A stretch of DNA of 64,000 bases from positions 192,736 to 256,735 of the forward strand of contig JBEKEZ010000002.1 of NCBI GenBank assembly GCA_050013575.1, given 5' to 3'. A model generated the notes under the pieces. That model searched no databases. It was given only the letters and a program-made list of their open reading frames with translations, and had not been told where the DNA came from. A program made the translations under genes and the position numbers. Of the stretch, positions 9,269-18,469 are shown one piece after another (positions within the stretch are counted from its first letter, which is position 1; each line of letters begins with the position of its first letter). The DNA is from Terriglobia bacterium. Lineage in GTDB: Bacteria; Acidobacteriota; Terriglobia; UBA7540.

Positions 9269-10297
9269 CTACACCAGCTGGTCCCACTCGATCAGCCCCG
9301 CAGCCCACGAATAACCCACGCCAAATCCGATAAGCATCATTTTCGCCCCCGGCTTGAAGCGCCCCTGGTCGGCGTGCGCACGGAGGAGAATCGGAATGGT
9401 GGCCGAAACCGTGTTCCCGACCTCTTCCATGAAGAATGGCGCCTTTTCCGGCGGAAGACCCAGCTTCTTGAGGAGATGCTCGAGCATGAATCGACTGGCT
9501 TGGTGAAAGATAAAGAAGTCGATATCGCTTATGCTTAATCCGGTCTTATCGAGAAGTGCCTGGATGGACTTGGGAACCGTACTGACCGCAAAGGCAAAGA
9601 CCGCTGCTCCATCCATGAAAAGCTGGTGAGGTGCTCGAACGCAGCCGTTCTGTTCGACGTGTTGATTAAAGATGGACGGCGAGGCAGGAGTTCGCGCCGC
9701 ACCCGCCGGAACGATGAGATTACGCGCGCCACTCCCGTCGGTTCCGAAAACGAAATCTCCAATGCGGCCAGGACTAGAACCGGATTCTGAAATGAGCGTC
9801 GCGGCGGCTCCGTCGCCAAAAAGGGGACGGTTAAGACGGTCTCGGGGATTAATGTACTTGCTGTAAGTCTCGGCGGTAAGTAGTAGAATGTTTTTGCATG
9901 TACCCGATTCGACGAGGCACTTTGCGATGCTCAGCCCGTAGACATACCCGGAACAGCCCTGGTTGAAATCAATCGCGCCCGCGCTCTTGGGGATTCCCAA
10001 GCGATGCTGGATGCAGCACGCCGTGGCAGGAAGGAAGTAGTCCGGAGATTGAGTGCAGAACAGTACGAAATCGATCTGGGATGCTTGTGCCGTGTTCCGC
10101 TCGAACAGCTTGCCGGCGGCCTTGCACGCTAGATCCCCAGCGGTTTCGTCCGGCGCAGCGAGGTGTCGGGCTCGGATCCCCGTTTTCTGGTAGATATCGT
10201 CCATCCGCCAATCGGGATTCTCCCTGGCTAACTGTTCGTTGGTCTCGACCTTAGCCGGCAAGTAGTATTCAATTGCAGCGATTCTCGCGTGACCCAT
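9269..10297 (-). CDS. 3-oxoacyl-ACP synthase III (FabH-like KAS III)
   Basis: Motifs: FNQGCSGYVYGL (active-site Cys), FIFHQAS and GNTVSATIPI. The start is set at ATG 10297 (MGHARIAAIEYYLP), which has a GAGGTA SD 5 nt upstream. The ORF track extends to 10396. Confidence 0.85.
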   Translation of the reverse strand: MGHARIAAIEYYLPAKVETNEQLARENPDWRMDDIYQKTGIRARHLAAPDETAGDLACKAAGKLFERNTAQASQIDFVLFCTQSPDYFLPATACCIQHRLGIPKSAGAIDFNQGCSGYVYGLSIAKCLVESGTCKNILLLTAETYSKYINPRDRLNRPLFGDGAAATLISESGSSPGRIGDFVFGTDGSGARNLIVPAGAARTPASPSIFNQHVEQNGCVRAPHQLFMDGAAVFAFAVSTVPKSIQALLDKTGLSISDIDFFIFHQASRFMLEHLLKKLGLPPEKAPFFMEEVGNTVSATIPILLRAHADQGRFKPGAKMMLIGFGVGYSWAAGLIEWDQLV

Positions 10298-10496
10298 AAG
10301 GTACCTCGGCCTGTCCTGTTTACTGGACTGCCTGCTCCTACCGAAACGTACTCCCGCTTTGCTCGAACCTTGCCATTGTGCCTGAAGCCGCGTCAAAATC
10401 TGGCGAGCTCACCCAGCTCCTTAACGGGGCAACTATAGCTGCCCGCTAGTTTGAATGCCGCCTCGCCATTCCTCGACACTTCCTGCTCGCCGGGGG

Positions 10497-10736
10497 CTAA
10501 TCTTGAAGCAAGCCTTGCGATTTGAGCACCTCGATTATCTGTCCCACTGTTGTCAGCTTCGAAACCAGGTCGTCGGACAGCTCGACGTGCAACTCCTGGT
10601 CGATGGTGGCAAGAATAGTGACCTGGGCCATCGAGTCCCATGTTTTCACAGTCTTCGGGCCATCCTCCATTTTGAGCGACCCCCTCGGAGCTTCGACAAT
10701 ATCTTCTAGTATTGCGACGAATGCTTCTGTCTTCAT
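10497..10736 (-). CDS. acyl carrier protein
   Basis: 79 aa, acidic. It has a WDSMAQV phosphopantetheine-Ser motif and a 4-nt ATGA overlap with the upstream GNAT gene. Confidence 0.8.
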   Translation of the reverse strand: MKTEAFVAILEDIVEAPRGSLKMEDGPKTVKTWDSMAQVTILATIDQELHVELSDDLVSKLTTVGQIIEVLKSQGLLQD

Positions 10737-11401
10737 CCCTGACCCCCCTGATTACGAATGCGATAACAGAGTTCCACGAGCGCCGGCGCCGGCGGCACAT
10801 GTGTCTCGCGCAGCACTTCGAAGCCCATCTTCTGATATGCCCGGATGAGATTCTGGTTTTCTTTTCGGACCTCCAAATAAACGTGCTTGCCACCAAGTTT
10901 CTTGATGTGGTCGACGCAGGCAGATACAATCGCCAGTCCATAGCCTCGCGCTTCTTCCTCAGGCAGGACGGCGGCCGAAGCCAGGGCCGCGATGTCCTTC
11001 TCACTGGGCGTCGCGAGCCGCTGAAATACCGAACGGACGATTCTCACGAGGATCAAAGGTCGCTTGGCCACCGCCCTCAAGGAGTAAACCGCGAAGAGGA
11101 ACCATCGCCTGATGAAGAGCCCCCGGTAAAACTTCCCCGGACTGAACGTGCCAGCACAAAACCCGAGTACCCGCCCGTCCCGCTCGAAGACGTAACTGAT
11201 GCCCCAGCTGGAACGCTGGACCTCCGCGTAGTAAAGGGCCATAAACTTCCGTCCCAGCGAGGTCAGGAAATAGCCAGGAAAAGCAGCCATGTGTATGCCA
11301 ACAACCACAGGGACATCCTCCGGCCTCATCGGCCGAACATGTTGTCGTCCCATCTTTCTCAAATACAGCAGAGCAAGTTCACTGCTCGGAATTCCCGACA
11401 T
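10733..11401 (-). CDS. GNAT family N-acyltransferase
   Basis: 222 aa. Acyl-CoA/ACP pocket-like region AAVLPEEEARGYGLAIVSACVDHIKKLG. It is translationally coupled to the ACP gene. Confidence 0.75.
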   Translation of the reverse strand: MSGIPSSELALLYLRKMGRQHVRPMRPEDVPVVVGIHMAAFPGYFLTSLGRKFMALYYAEVQRSSWGISYVFERDGRVLGFCAGTFSPGKFYRGLFIRRWFLFAVYSLRAVAKRPLILVRIVRSVFQRLATPSEKDIAALASAAVLPEEEARGYGLAIVSACVDHIKKLGGKHVYLEVRKENQNLIRAYQKMGFEVLRETHVPPAPALVELCYRIRNQGGQG

Positions 11402-11706
11402 GGCGATTGGTCCTATTCACACGCCTCCTTGCGTTTCCCGCAGGCCAAAAGGCTTCACTCCCAGGCACCGAATAAGACCTTCCTTGTGCTTGCGGGAACT
11501 TGGCAAGAAACTACAGTCCCCCACAGCCTGTGCTGGGGTACAAATCAACCAGCACAACGGCTCGAGTCCTCGTGAAACTGGCAACTGAATCATGCTCCCA
11601 CGCGGTCAACACGAGTTCCCAGGCATGCTGAACGAAAATATCGCCGGACCACGACATGACAAATGATTTGCAGCCCCGGCCCCCCTCGCAGCGACACCTG
11701 GCTGCC

Positions 11707-12957
11707 TTAAGAGGGCTTGGTCGTCTCTTCCTGGCCCATTCCGGCCGTTTCGGAAAGAATTCGGGCAATTTCTCCTGTGCAGATTCTCCGGCTGAAGTGT
11801 TCCTCCAGATACTTTCGTCCGCGCATCCCCATCTGCTCGATCTCCTCGCGATGGACGTAGGCGTAGTGAAGAGCCTCGGCCAGATCTTTCGGATCGCCGG
11901 ACTCGACACAGATGCCACAATCGGCGGTCTTCACCAGACGAGCAATCTCACTCTCAGGAGGGGCAGTGGCAAGCACCGGGCGGCCGCTGGCCATCATCTT
12001 GAAAATCTTCGAGGGGACGGAGGCGTTCGCAGCGGACGAGTCCAAGGTGACCAAGTTCATGTCGGCGGAGCGAAGAACCGTGGGATAGCGCTCCAGTGGC
12101 TCAAAGGGCCTGAACAAGACGTTGTCGAGCCCTCTGACCTGCACGTCCTCCAGGAGTCGTTGCTTCTTCACGCCTTCGCCGATGATCACCAGCCTGAAGG
12201 GCTCGCTCCGGAGCAAACCCAGCGCCTGAATGACACATTCGAGGTTGGAGTTATGTGTCAAACCACCGGAATATACCACAACGAACTTATCTTTCCCCCA
12301 CGACTCGCGCAAAGCCGGATCGGGCGGACCGGGGCGAACGAAATGAGGGTCAGCCCAATTTGCGACCACGCGAATCTTCGAATCTGGTACGCCTTTGCCC
12401 AAGAGGTTTTGTCGAAACCCCTCGGATATGACCACGATGGCATGGGCATGCCGATAGATCCATTTCTCCATCCACTTGAAGAAACGAATGGCGGTGCGGT
12501 TCCTCAGGACACCGACTGCGACCGCAACATCGGGATGGATGTCCTGGATGTTGACGACGACTTTCGCGGACTTCAGCCAGCCCAACACGGAGGCCGTCAG
12601 GCCGAGCGGCAGAGGCGGAAGGGCCGCGTAAATGACATCTACCCGGGGACTCGCCAGAACGCCGCCGAGGAACGAGGAGACGATGAAGCTCCCGAAATTT
12701 GCGACCCGTTGCCAGAAAGCCTTGCTCGGAGTGGCATAGATGTAAGTGCGGAAAACGTGCGCACCACCCAGCTCCTCACGCTGATACAACTTGTGACGGT
12801 ATGGCGGAGGAATGACTCCGTCGGGGTAGTTTGGGAAAGCCGTAAGGACAGTGACGCGATGTCCTCCGGCCAGCAAATCCTCCGTCAACTCCCAAAGCGA
12901 GACGGCGAAACCAACCTCTTCAGGTCTATAGTACTCGGTCAGCAACAAGATATTCAT
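11707..12957 (-). CDS. glycosyltransferase family 4 (WcaI-like)
   Basis: 416 aa with an MNILLLTEYYRPEEVG start typical of WcaI-type GT4 and a C-terminal GT-B half (VPSKIFKMMASGRPVLA). Confidence 0.85.
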   Translation of the reverse strand: MNILLLTEYYRPEEVGFAVSLWELTEDLLAGGHRVTVLTAFPNYPDGVIPPPYRHKLYQREELGGAHVFRTYIYATPSKAFWQRVANFGSFIVSSFLGGVLASPRVDVIYAALPPLPLGLTASVLGWLKSAKVVVNIQDIHPDVAVAVGVLRNRTAIRFFKWMEKWIYRHAHAIVVISEGFRQNLLGKGVPDSKIRVVANWADPHFVRPGPPDPALRESWGKDKFVVVYSGGLTHNSNLECVIQALGLLRSEPFRLVIIGEGVKKQRLLEDVQVRGLDNVLFRPFEPLERYPTVLRSADMNLVTLDSSAANASVPSKIFKMMASGRPVLATAPPESEIARLVKTADCGICVESGDPKDLAEALHYAYVHREEIEQMGMRGRKYLEEHFSRRICTGEIARILSETAGMGQEETTKPS

Positions 12958-13616
12958 TGGCGCGTCTCGGCCAGGACTGTAATTTCATGTCCAGGCTTGC
13001 CGAAAGCCACGCTCAACCCAGAGATGAGCGCCGCGGGCGCCTTCTCGCGCCCGCCATCCCAAGTCCCGAGTGGGCCGAAAATGTTATGGAACCGGACAAT
13101 ACGAGTCTCAATGGCATAATCCTGCCGATAATGTATACATAATCTCTCAATAACGAGCTTCTCCCAGCCGTAAGCATCTTGGGGCAGAGCAGGATAGGCA
13201 TCTTCTTCCTTGAGGGGAATGACGTTGGTCTCCATTTGCTTGTATTCAGGATAGACGCAGGCTGAAGACGTGAACAGGTACCGCTTCACATCGTGGACGC
13301 GCGCTGCCTCCAACGTGTGGAAGTTGATGAGCGCGTTGTTGTGAAGGATTTGGGCATGGTGGCAGGAGATAAATCCCATTCCTCCCATGTCAGCCGCCAG
13401 CGCATAGACCTCCTGGATACCACGGGTCGCCTCGAGGCAGTTGTCCCAGCGGCGCAGGTCGAGCAATTCAAATTCGTTCGCATCCGTAGGAGCGTACTCC
13501 GGAGGTTTCAGATCCACCCCGCGCACCCAATAGCCCTGTTTCTTGAGGTAGCTCACCAAGTGGTGTCCGATAAACCCGCCGGCGCCCGTCACAAGAACCT
13601 TCACTTGTTGTTCCAT
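12954..13616 (-). CDS. GDP-mannose-3,5-epimerase-like extended SDR, apparently 3'-truncated (220 aa)
   Basis: Motifs: VLVTGAGGFIGHHL, SSACVYP, YGWEK, GGREKAPAA. The ORF then ends after about 25 unrelated residues, with its TGA overlapping the GT4 ATG (caATGA). Family members are normally more than 300 aa. Confidence 0.6.
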   Translation of the reverse strand: MEQQVKVLVTGAGGFIGHHLVSYLKKQGYWVRGVDLKPPEYAPTDANEFELLDLRRWDNCLEATRGIQEVYALAADMGGMGFISCHHAQILHNNALINFHTLEAARVHDVKRYLFTSSACVYPEYKQMETNVIPLKEEDAYPALPQDAYGWEKLVIERLCIHYRQDYAIETRIVRFHNIFGPLGTWDGGREKAPAALISGLSVAFGKPGHEITVLAETRQ

Positions 13617-13688
13617 CGAGGCCTCCCACTATTTGTCTTCAGATCTTCGCAGACCCTGCTCGGCAGTCCTAAGATCTCTAGCTGAGTT

Positions 13689-13730
13689 CGCGATGCCTTT
13701 TCGTACGAATTCCAGGTATTTCCAGTAATT
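13689..13730 (-). repeat. 42-nt duplicated segment, copy A (reads NYWKYLEFVRKGIA on the minus strand)
   Basis: aattacTGgaaatacctggaattcgtacgaaaaggCatCgcG, compared with copy B at 17321-17362. It contains the 10-bp palindrome TTCGTACGAA. Confidence 0.8.
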
Positions 13731-13770
13731 CGTTATTGAAACGCATTCGCTCTTTAGAAGTTCGCACGTC

Positions 13771-15114
13771 TCAAAACGACCGAGAGCGTCCCGCCAGTGG
13801 TGCCAGGATCCTTCGCCTTCGAATCCTGGCGTTTCGCACACTGCCTTGCGATAAATACAGCAGGCTGTAACGCCACAACGCCAAGGCTACAAGGATCGCC
13901 AATGCGCTGACATACGTCGTCTCGAACCAACCGACGAGATCAACAATGTAAAGCCATTCGTAGTGAAACCGAAGGTCCCCAACAGAGGCGGGGTTGGAAA
14001 AGAACCAGTCGAGCGCTCCGAGCAAGACAGCTATCGGAGTGAGCACAACCCAGTAGGCCCAGCCTGGAGCCACAATCAATAGGGATCCAAAAAATGATGC
14101 TGAAGCTGCGCTTACAGGTCCCCCACTTCCGACATACATCTGATTTATGTAATACCCAGGATTAATAGGTTTGTCTGGGAACAAAAAGCCCGGAAGAAAA
14201 CTCCGTATATTATCCCTGATGTATTCTGACCTGAAGCTGTTCCTCCAATCAGAAGCTGTCCACAGGACGCTTGCAACATCTTGCTGCGTAAACCTCCCTA
14301 AAGAACCCGCGAACGCGTCTGCGATCGTGACGTTGGGATCGTGAAACCTGTGCTGAACCCCCACAAGAAGCGCAGGAACAATCGCCAAACCCAAGGCGAT
14401 TGCCAGCAGAGTGGCCCTCCCACGCAATTGCGGCAACCGCCTGAACCTCCAAAAGTAGGCGGCCAAGTATCCCACGAAGACAGCAGCCATGCCCTTGGAA
14501 CCGCTAATGGCGAATTGCCATCCAGCGATTGCTAAGCAGGGGATTGCCCAGAATAGCGCGCCTCTCGTGAGTGCTATCGCAAGGCCCGAAAAGATAGCAA
14601 ACAAGACTCCTTCTATCAGGAGTCCACCTACTTCTAGTTCGCCTAGGCTGCGAGGCTCGAAGATCCCGTATTGCCGACCGCTGAAGGGGTTAAAGTAAAT
14701 CGTGACCAAAATCAAGACAAGAGCGCCACCGTAATACTTATACGCTGACAACGGCACGTTCTCTTTGCTTGACGCGGGGCCGCTTTGCTCCGTACCTCTT
14801 TGCTTTGTTCGCCATCTGCAAAGCCTCCTTGCTGTGGCAAGGTATACAGCCCAGGTGAGGACTACACTAAGGCACCACCAAAGGGTTGCCGCAAAGTAGC
14901 TGCCATCGGAAATCGTGTCTACGGCAACGTAGACACCAGCCTCGTACCTGAAGAGGTTCGATAGAGCGCAGACAAAAAAGTACCCTATTAGAACTATAAG
15001 AACAGGAGCTTCGCTGAAGGAGATTCGTGAGCGACGAAGATAGCGGCGAGCAGAGAAGAAAAGGATTCCGCACAAGATCAGCTGAAAGACTTGTAAAGTC
15101 GGGTAATCCATCAT
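13771..15114 (-). CDS. polytopic membrane protein, Wzy-type repeat-unit polymerase candidate
   Basis: 447 aa with 10 or more hydrophobic segments and no recognisable enzymatic motif. Its position between glycosyltransferase genes in a Wzx/Wzy locus supports the call. Confidence 0.5.
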   Translation of the reverse strand: MMDYPTLQVFQLILCGILFFSARRYLRRSRISFSEAPVLIVLIGYFFVCALSNLFRYEAGVYVAVDTISDGSYFAATLWWCLSVVLTWAVYLATARRLCRWRTKQRGTEQSGPASSKENVPLSAYKYYGGALVLILVTIYFNPFSGRQYGIFEPRSLGELEVGGLLIEGVLFAIFSGLAIALTRGALFWAIPCLAIAGWQFAISGSKGMAAVFVGYLAAYFWRFRRLPQLRGRATLLAIALGLAIVPALLVGVQHRFHDPNVTIADAFAGSLGRFTQQDVASVLWTASDWRNSFRSEYIRDNIRSFLPGFLFPDKPINPGYYINQMYVGSGGPVSAASASFFGSLLIVAPGWAYWVVLTPIAVLLGALDWFFSNPASVGDLRFHYEWLYIVDLVGWFETTYVSALAILVALALWRYSLLYLSQGSVRNARIRRRRILAPLAGRSRSF

Positions 15115-15145
15115 CCCCCAGAAGGCTCCAGTTTATCCGGTACTC

Positions 15146-16294
15146 CTACGGCGTCGTGATGACCCTGAGGGCATTCCGCGAAGCGTCCCGCACGACGCTC
15201 TCGGACCGCACTATCATGTCAAGCACCGCCTCGCAGGCGGCCTGGACGTGTCCGACCTCTAAATCTCTCATACAGATGTTCGTCTCCTGAACGCAGCGGA
15301 AAAATGGTGAAAACCCGCAGCATGGGCTGCATCCGATTCCACTTCGCACGACGGTGCCACCAGGATTGAAGGGTCCGACTTGCCGAGGGTCGGTCGGGCC
15401 GTAGATGCCTACGACTGGAACCCCAAGGGCATTCGCCAAGTGGAGTGGGCCGCTATCGTTGGCCACAAACAAAGCGCAATTCTCGATCAGCGCGGCGGCT
15501 AGTTCCAAGGCACAGTCAAGCACTGGGGTGGCACGAGGTGCGAGACCGCCAACAATCTCTCGAACTTCCGCCTGTTCCTCTTTCGTCCCAAAAACTAGCG
15601 CGTGCAAATTCCACGTCTCACATAGCTGTTTCAGAAGGCTCGAGTACTTCTCTGCCGGCCAACGCCTCTCTGCTATTCCCTTTTTGCACCCAGGGTGAAC
15701 GCCAATCAGGTTTCCCGAAATGCCCCGTTCGCTCAAAAAGCGTCGCCCAGACTCACGCTGCTCTGCGGTAAACTGATAGCGCACCCGAATTTCTGTTGGC
15801 TCGAGCGGAAGGAGTCCAAAGGCTCGTAATAGGTCGATATTGCTCTCGACTTTATGCTTGTGCTCTGAAACCGGCAGAGCATGGGTTAGAAGATAGCGCA
15901 TCATAGCGTACCCACCAGTCTGGTCATGACCAAGACGCACGGGAACGCGCAAGATCCAGCCGATAAGCCCGCTGCGATAGCCGGATGGGAGAGGCAAAAT
16001 AGTCATGTCGTACCCGGTTTTCCAGAGTTCGTACAACTGCCGAAGTTGGCAACCAACGACGCCGGGGCGGATCGGGTAAAGGTTGTTCCACCAGGGATTG
16101 TGCCGGAAGACATGTTCAGCCCCGGCTTGCCCCACCAGAACGTCAATCCGCGCATGTGGCAGTTGGGCTCTCAGCGCTTCCAGCGCGGGACAAAAAAATA
16201 GCGCGTCGCCTAGTCCCTCGCGGGCGATCACCAGAATTTTTGCACTTGGGTTGATTGGCATCAGGGAAGCCGTCTCCTGGGCGAATTGCCACAC
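15146..16294 (-). CDS. glycosyltransferase family 9 (heptosyltransferase-like)
   Basis: 382 aa. Motifs: KILVIAREGLGDALFFCPALEAL, GVHPGCK and NDSGPLHLANALGVPVVGIYGPTDP, typical of GT9. Confidence 0.85.
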   Translation of the reverse strand: MWQFAQETASLMPINPSAKILVIAREGLGDALFFCPALEALRAQLPHARIDVLVGQAGAEHVFRHNPWWNNLYPIRPGVVGCQLRQLYELWKTGYDMTILPLPSGYRSGLIGWILRVPVRLGHDQTGGYAMMRYLLTHALPVSEHKHKVESNIDLLRAFGLLPLEPTEIRVRYQFTAEQRESGRRFLSERGISGNLIGVHPGCKKGIAERRWPAEKYSSLLKQLCETWNLHALVFGTKEEQAEVREIVGGLAPRATPVLDCALELAAALIENCALFVANDSGPLHLANALGVPVVGIYGPTDPRQVGPFNPGGTVVRSGIGCSPCCGFSPFFRCVQETNICMRDLEVGHVQAACEAVLDMIVRSESVVRDASRNALRVITTP

Positions 16295-16375
16295 CCTAGG
16301 CCGAAGGTGGAACGCGCACCGCTGATCTACAATTTTTTTGCGATGTTCGCCGGTAAGCGCCTACCTCCCCCCTGC

Positions 16376-17110
16376 CTACCGCGGACTCTGTTGGGAGGGG
16401 GGCTGACGCCCGCTCGCCCGTCCCGCCGATCTCGGTTTGTTGGCCCTTGGCCGTTTCGTTTTAGGATAGCAGATGTCCAGCAGATCACAAAAGATATGCC
16501 CGATGGTGATGTGGGATTCCTGAATCCTGGGCGTGCTCTCTGATGGAACGTCAATCACCAGTTGTGCAACAATTTTCAGTTCCTCTCCATGGGCGCCGGT
16601 CAGACCGACGGTGAAGGCCCCTTTTGCGCGGGCTGCCTTGAGAGCTCTCAGGACATTGGGTGAGCGCCCGCTGGTCGTGATCCCCACCACGATATCCCCG
16701 CGCCTTACCAGAGCCCGAACCTGGCGCTCGAAAACGTCCTCATAACCATAATCATTGGCGATAGCTGTCAGACTCGAAGTGTTTGTTGTCAACGCGATCG
16801 CAGGTAGCGGTGGTCGCTCCCGAAGAAATCTCCCCACCAGTTCGGCGACAATGTGCTGGGCATCCGCCGCACTCCCTCCATTCCCCATGAAGAAGATTCG
16901 TCGGCCCCTGGTGAGCGCCGCCCGGCTGACTTGGACCCACTTCCAAACCCGACGAAGCAGCCCGTCTGAAAAGGACTGCTTGACTCGACAGGAATCTCGC
17001 AAGTGCATCCGCATCCGGACAATGGCCCGCTCTACATTCGGATTGGGTGACGGTTGCTTCAAGAATCTCTCTCTTCTCGTTGTCTCGCCTTCCGCGGCGA
17101 AGGGAGTCAC
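16376..17110 (-). CDS. gmhA: D-sedoheptulose-7-phosphate isomerase
   Basis: Motifs: FFMGNGGSAADAQHIVAELVGRF, TNTSSLTAIANDYGYEDVFERQ, ITTSGRSPNVLRALKAA, PSESTPRIQESH. The start is uncertain; an internal Met at 17014 is possible. The Arg/Pro-rich C-terminal tail is atypical. Confidence 0.85.
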   Translation of the reverse strand: MTPFAAEGETTRRERFLKQPSPNPNVERAIVRMRMHLRDSCRVKQSFSDGLLRRVWKWVQVSRAALTRGRRIFFMGNGGSAADAQHIVAELVGRFLRERPPLPAIALTTNTSSLTAIANDYGYEDVFERQVRALVRRGDIVVGITTSGRSPNVLRALKAARAKGAFTVGLTGAHGEELKIVAQLVIDVPSESTPRIQESHITIGHIFCDLLDICYPKTKRPRANKPRSAGRASGRQPPSQQSPR

Positions 17111-17320
17111 GCATTCTCCCGGTTCCGTGGCGCAGCAACGCCGAGGGTCCTCGCGTGGAAGCAGTCCCGCGCTACGCGACCTCTAGTGGGCAGGACCCAG
17201 AACCTGAAAATAGGCTTCAACGGTCTGCTGCGCGACTCGCGGTTTTTTCCAGAGCAGCCGGCCGTGTATTTCATTTGCATCCATCCAAGCGACTCCGGCC
17301 ATAAGCACCCAACGAGATCT

Positions 17321-17362
17321 TGCAATACCTTTTCGTACGAATTCCAGGTATTTCAAGTAATT
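17321..17362 (-). repeat. 42-nt duplicated segment, copy B (reads NYLKYLEFVRKGIA)
   Basis: aattacTTgaaatacctggaattcgtacgaaaaggTatTgcA. It lies in the 306-bp gap between the GT2 and gmhA genes. Confidence 0.8.
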
Positions 17363-17416
17363 CATGGTTGGTATTGCAGTAAGCTTGAATCGCCGGCTTC
17401 CCTAGCCCTGCAACGC

Positions 17417-18469
17417 TCAAAGCTCGAGCTCCGTTGCGTACGCTCCATACTCCTTCTGCAACCGGCGGTTCTTGATCCGCAGGACCAGCTTGCGCAGGGC
17501 GGGCATGAGACGGAAAACGTTTTGCGCGAGAGGAACATTCCGGCCAGCCGTGGCCGAGGCCTGAAGCATGAGCGCCCGGCCCTTCAAGTGATAATGGTTG
17601 CGGAGGAACTCAGCCGATTTATAGGCATCCTCCCAATTCCCCCGGGTAACTGATCGGAGGCCATTCAGGAACAAGTATTTCTTTGCCCTGTCCGTCAAAA
17701 CCTGACTGGCATACCTGCGAACACCTTCTGGAATTTGTTCATCCTCCACCAAGTTACGAATCATTTTCAGCCAACCAGGCCACATCAAATCGACGTCTGC
17801 GGTGCTGCACTGCGAGGCTGGGTGGCTGACAAATATCGCCCCTGGTTGCAGCGTGACCACCAGTGGAAACCGCGCGGCGGCGCGCAGTTCGAAATCCAGA
17901 TCGGAAGTGCCTCCCGCTTCTTCGTCCAGCCCCCCAACCTTCTCAATGACCTCTCGTTGAAACAGAATGCCCGTCCACTCAGGATGTCGGTATCTTAACA
18001 TGGCCAGCAGGCCCTCGGGAGGACGGTACAGGCCCGGGGGCCACTTCAGCATGGGCGCGTCTAAGACCCTGCCTTTATCATCCATGTGGATGGTGACCAA
18101 GGCAGAAAGCATGGCCTCGGGATACTTCTCGAAACCCGCCAGGGCAGTCTGATAAAAGCCAGGGAGGAGGACATCATCATCTGAAAGGATCGAGAAGAAC
18201 GGCGTTTCAACGCGGTCCATTCCGTAGACAAAATTCTTCAGCGCACCGACGTTTACGTGGTGACAATAATATTTGATACGGCAGTCAGTTCGCGCCATTT
18301 CATCCACAACCGAGGGCGTCTCATCACCGGAGGCATTGTCATAGACGCAGACCCGAAGGTGAGGGTAGGTCTGCGCCAACACACTTCCGATGGCCCGGCG
18401 CAGCAACTTCGGACGATGGTAAGTTGGGATGATCGCGGTAATAAGCGGCTTGGAGATTGCCTCCGGCAC
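17417..18469 (-). CDS. glycosyltransferase family 2
   Basis: 350 aa. Motifs: ITAIIPTYHRPKLLRRAIGSVLAQTY, VYDNASGDET and an SDDD (DxD-like) motif. Confidence 0.9.
   Translation of the reverse strand: MPEAISKPLITAIIPTYHRPKLLRRAIGSVLAQTYPHLRVCVYDNASGDETPSVVDEMARTDCRIKYYCHHVNVGALKNFVYGMDRVETPFFSILSDDDVLLPGFYQTALAGFEKYPEAMLSALVTIHMDDKGRVLDAPMLKWPPGLYRPPEGLLAMLRYRHPEWTGILFQREVIEKVGGLDEEAGGTSDLDFELRAAARFPLVVTLQPGAIFVSHPASQCSTADVDLMWPGWLKMIRNLVEDEQIPEGVRRYASQVLTDRAKKYLFLNGLRSVTRGNWEDAYKSAEFLRNHYHLKGRALMLQASATAGRNVPLAQNVFRLMPALRKLVLRIKNRRLQKEYGAYATELEL

Noticed and set aside
11656-13119. Long antisense ORFs opposite well-supported genes: 11656-13119 (487 aa), 8176-9225, 29153-30064, 43072-43950, 46246-47304, 47616-48437, 50055-50966 and 52786-53685.
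   Set aside because: These are typical shadow ORFs of high-GC DNA. They have Arg/Ala/Gly/Pro/His-rich composition, no recognisable motifs and no SD sequences. Each lies fully opposite a gene with clear family signatures.
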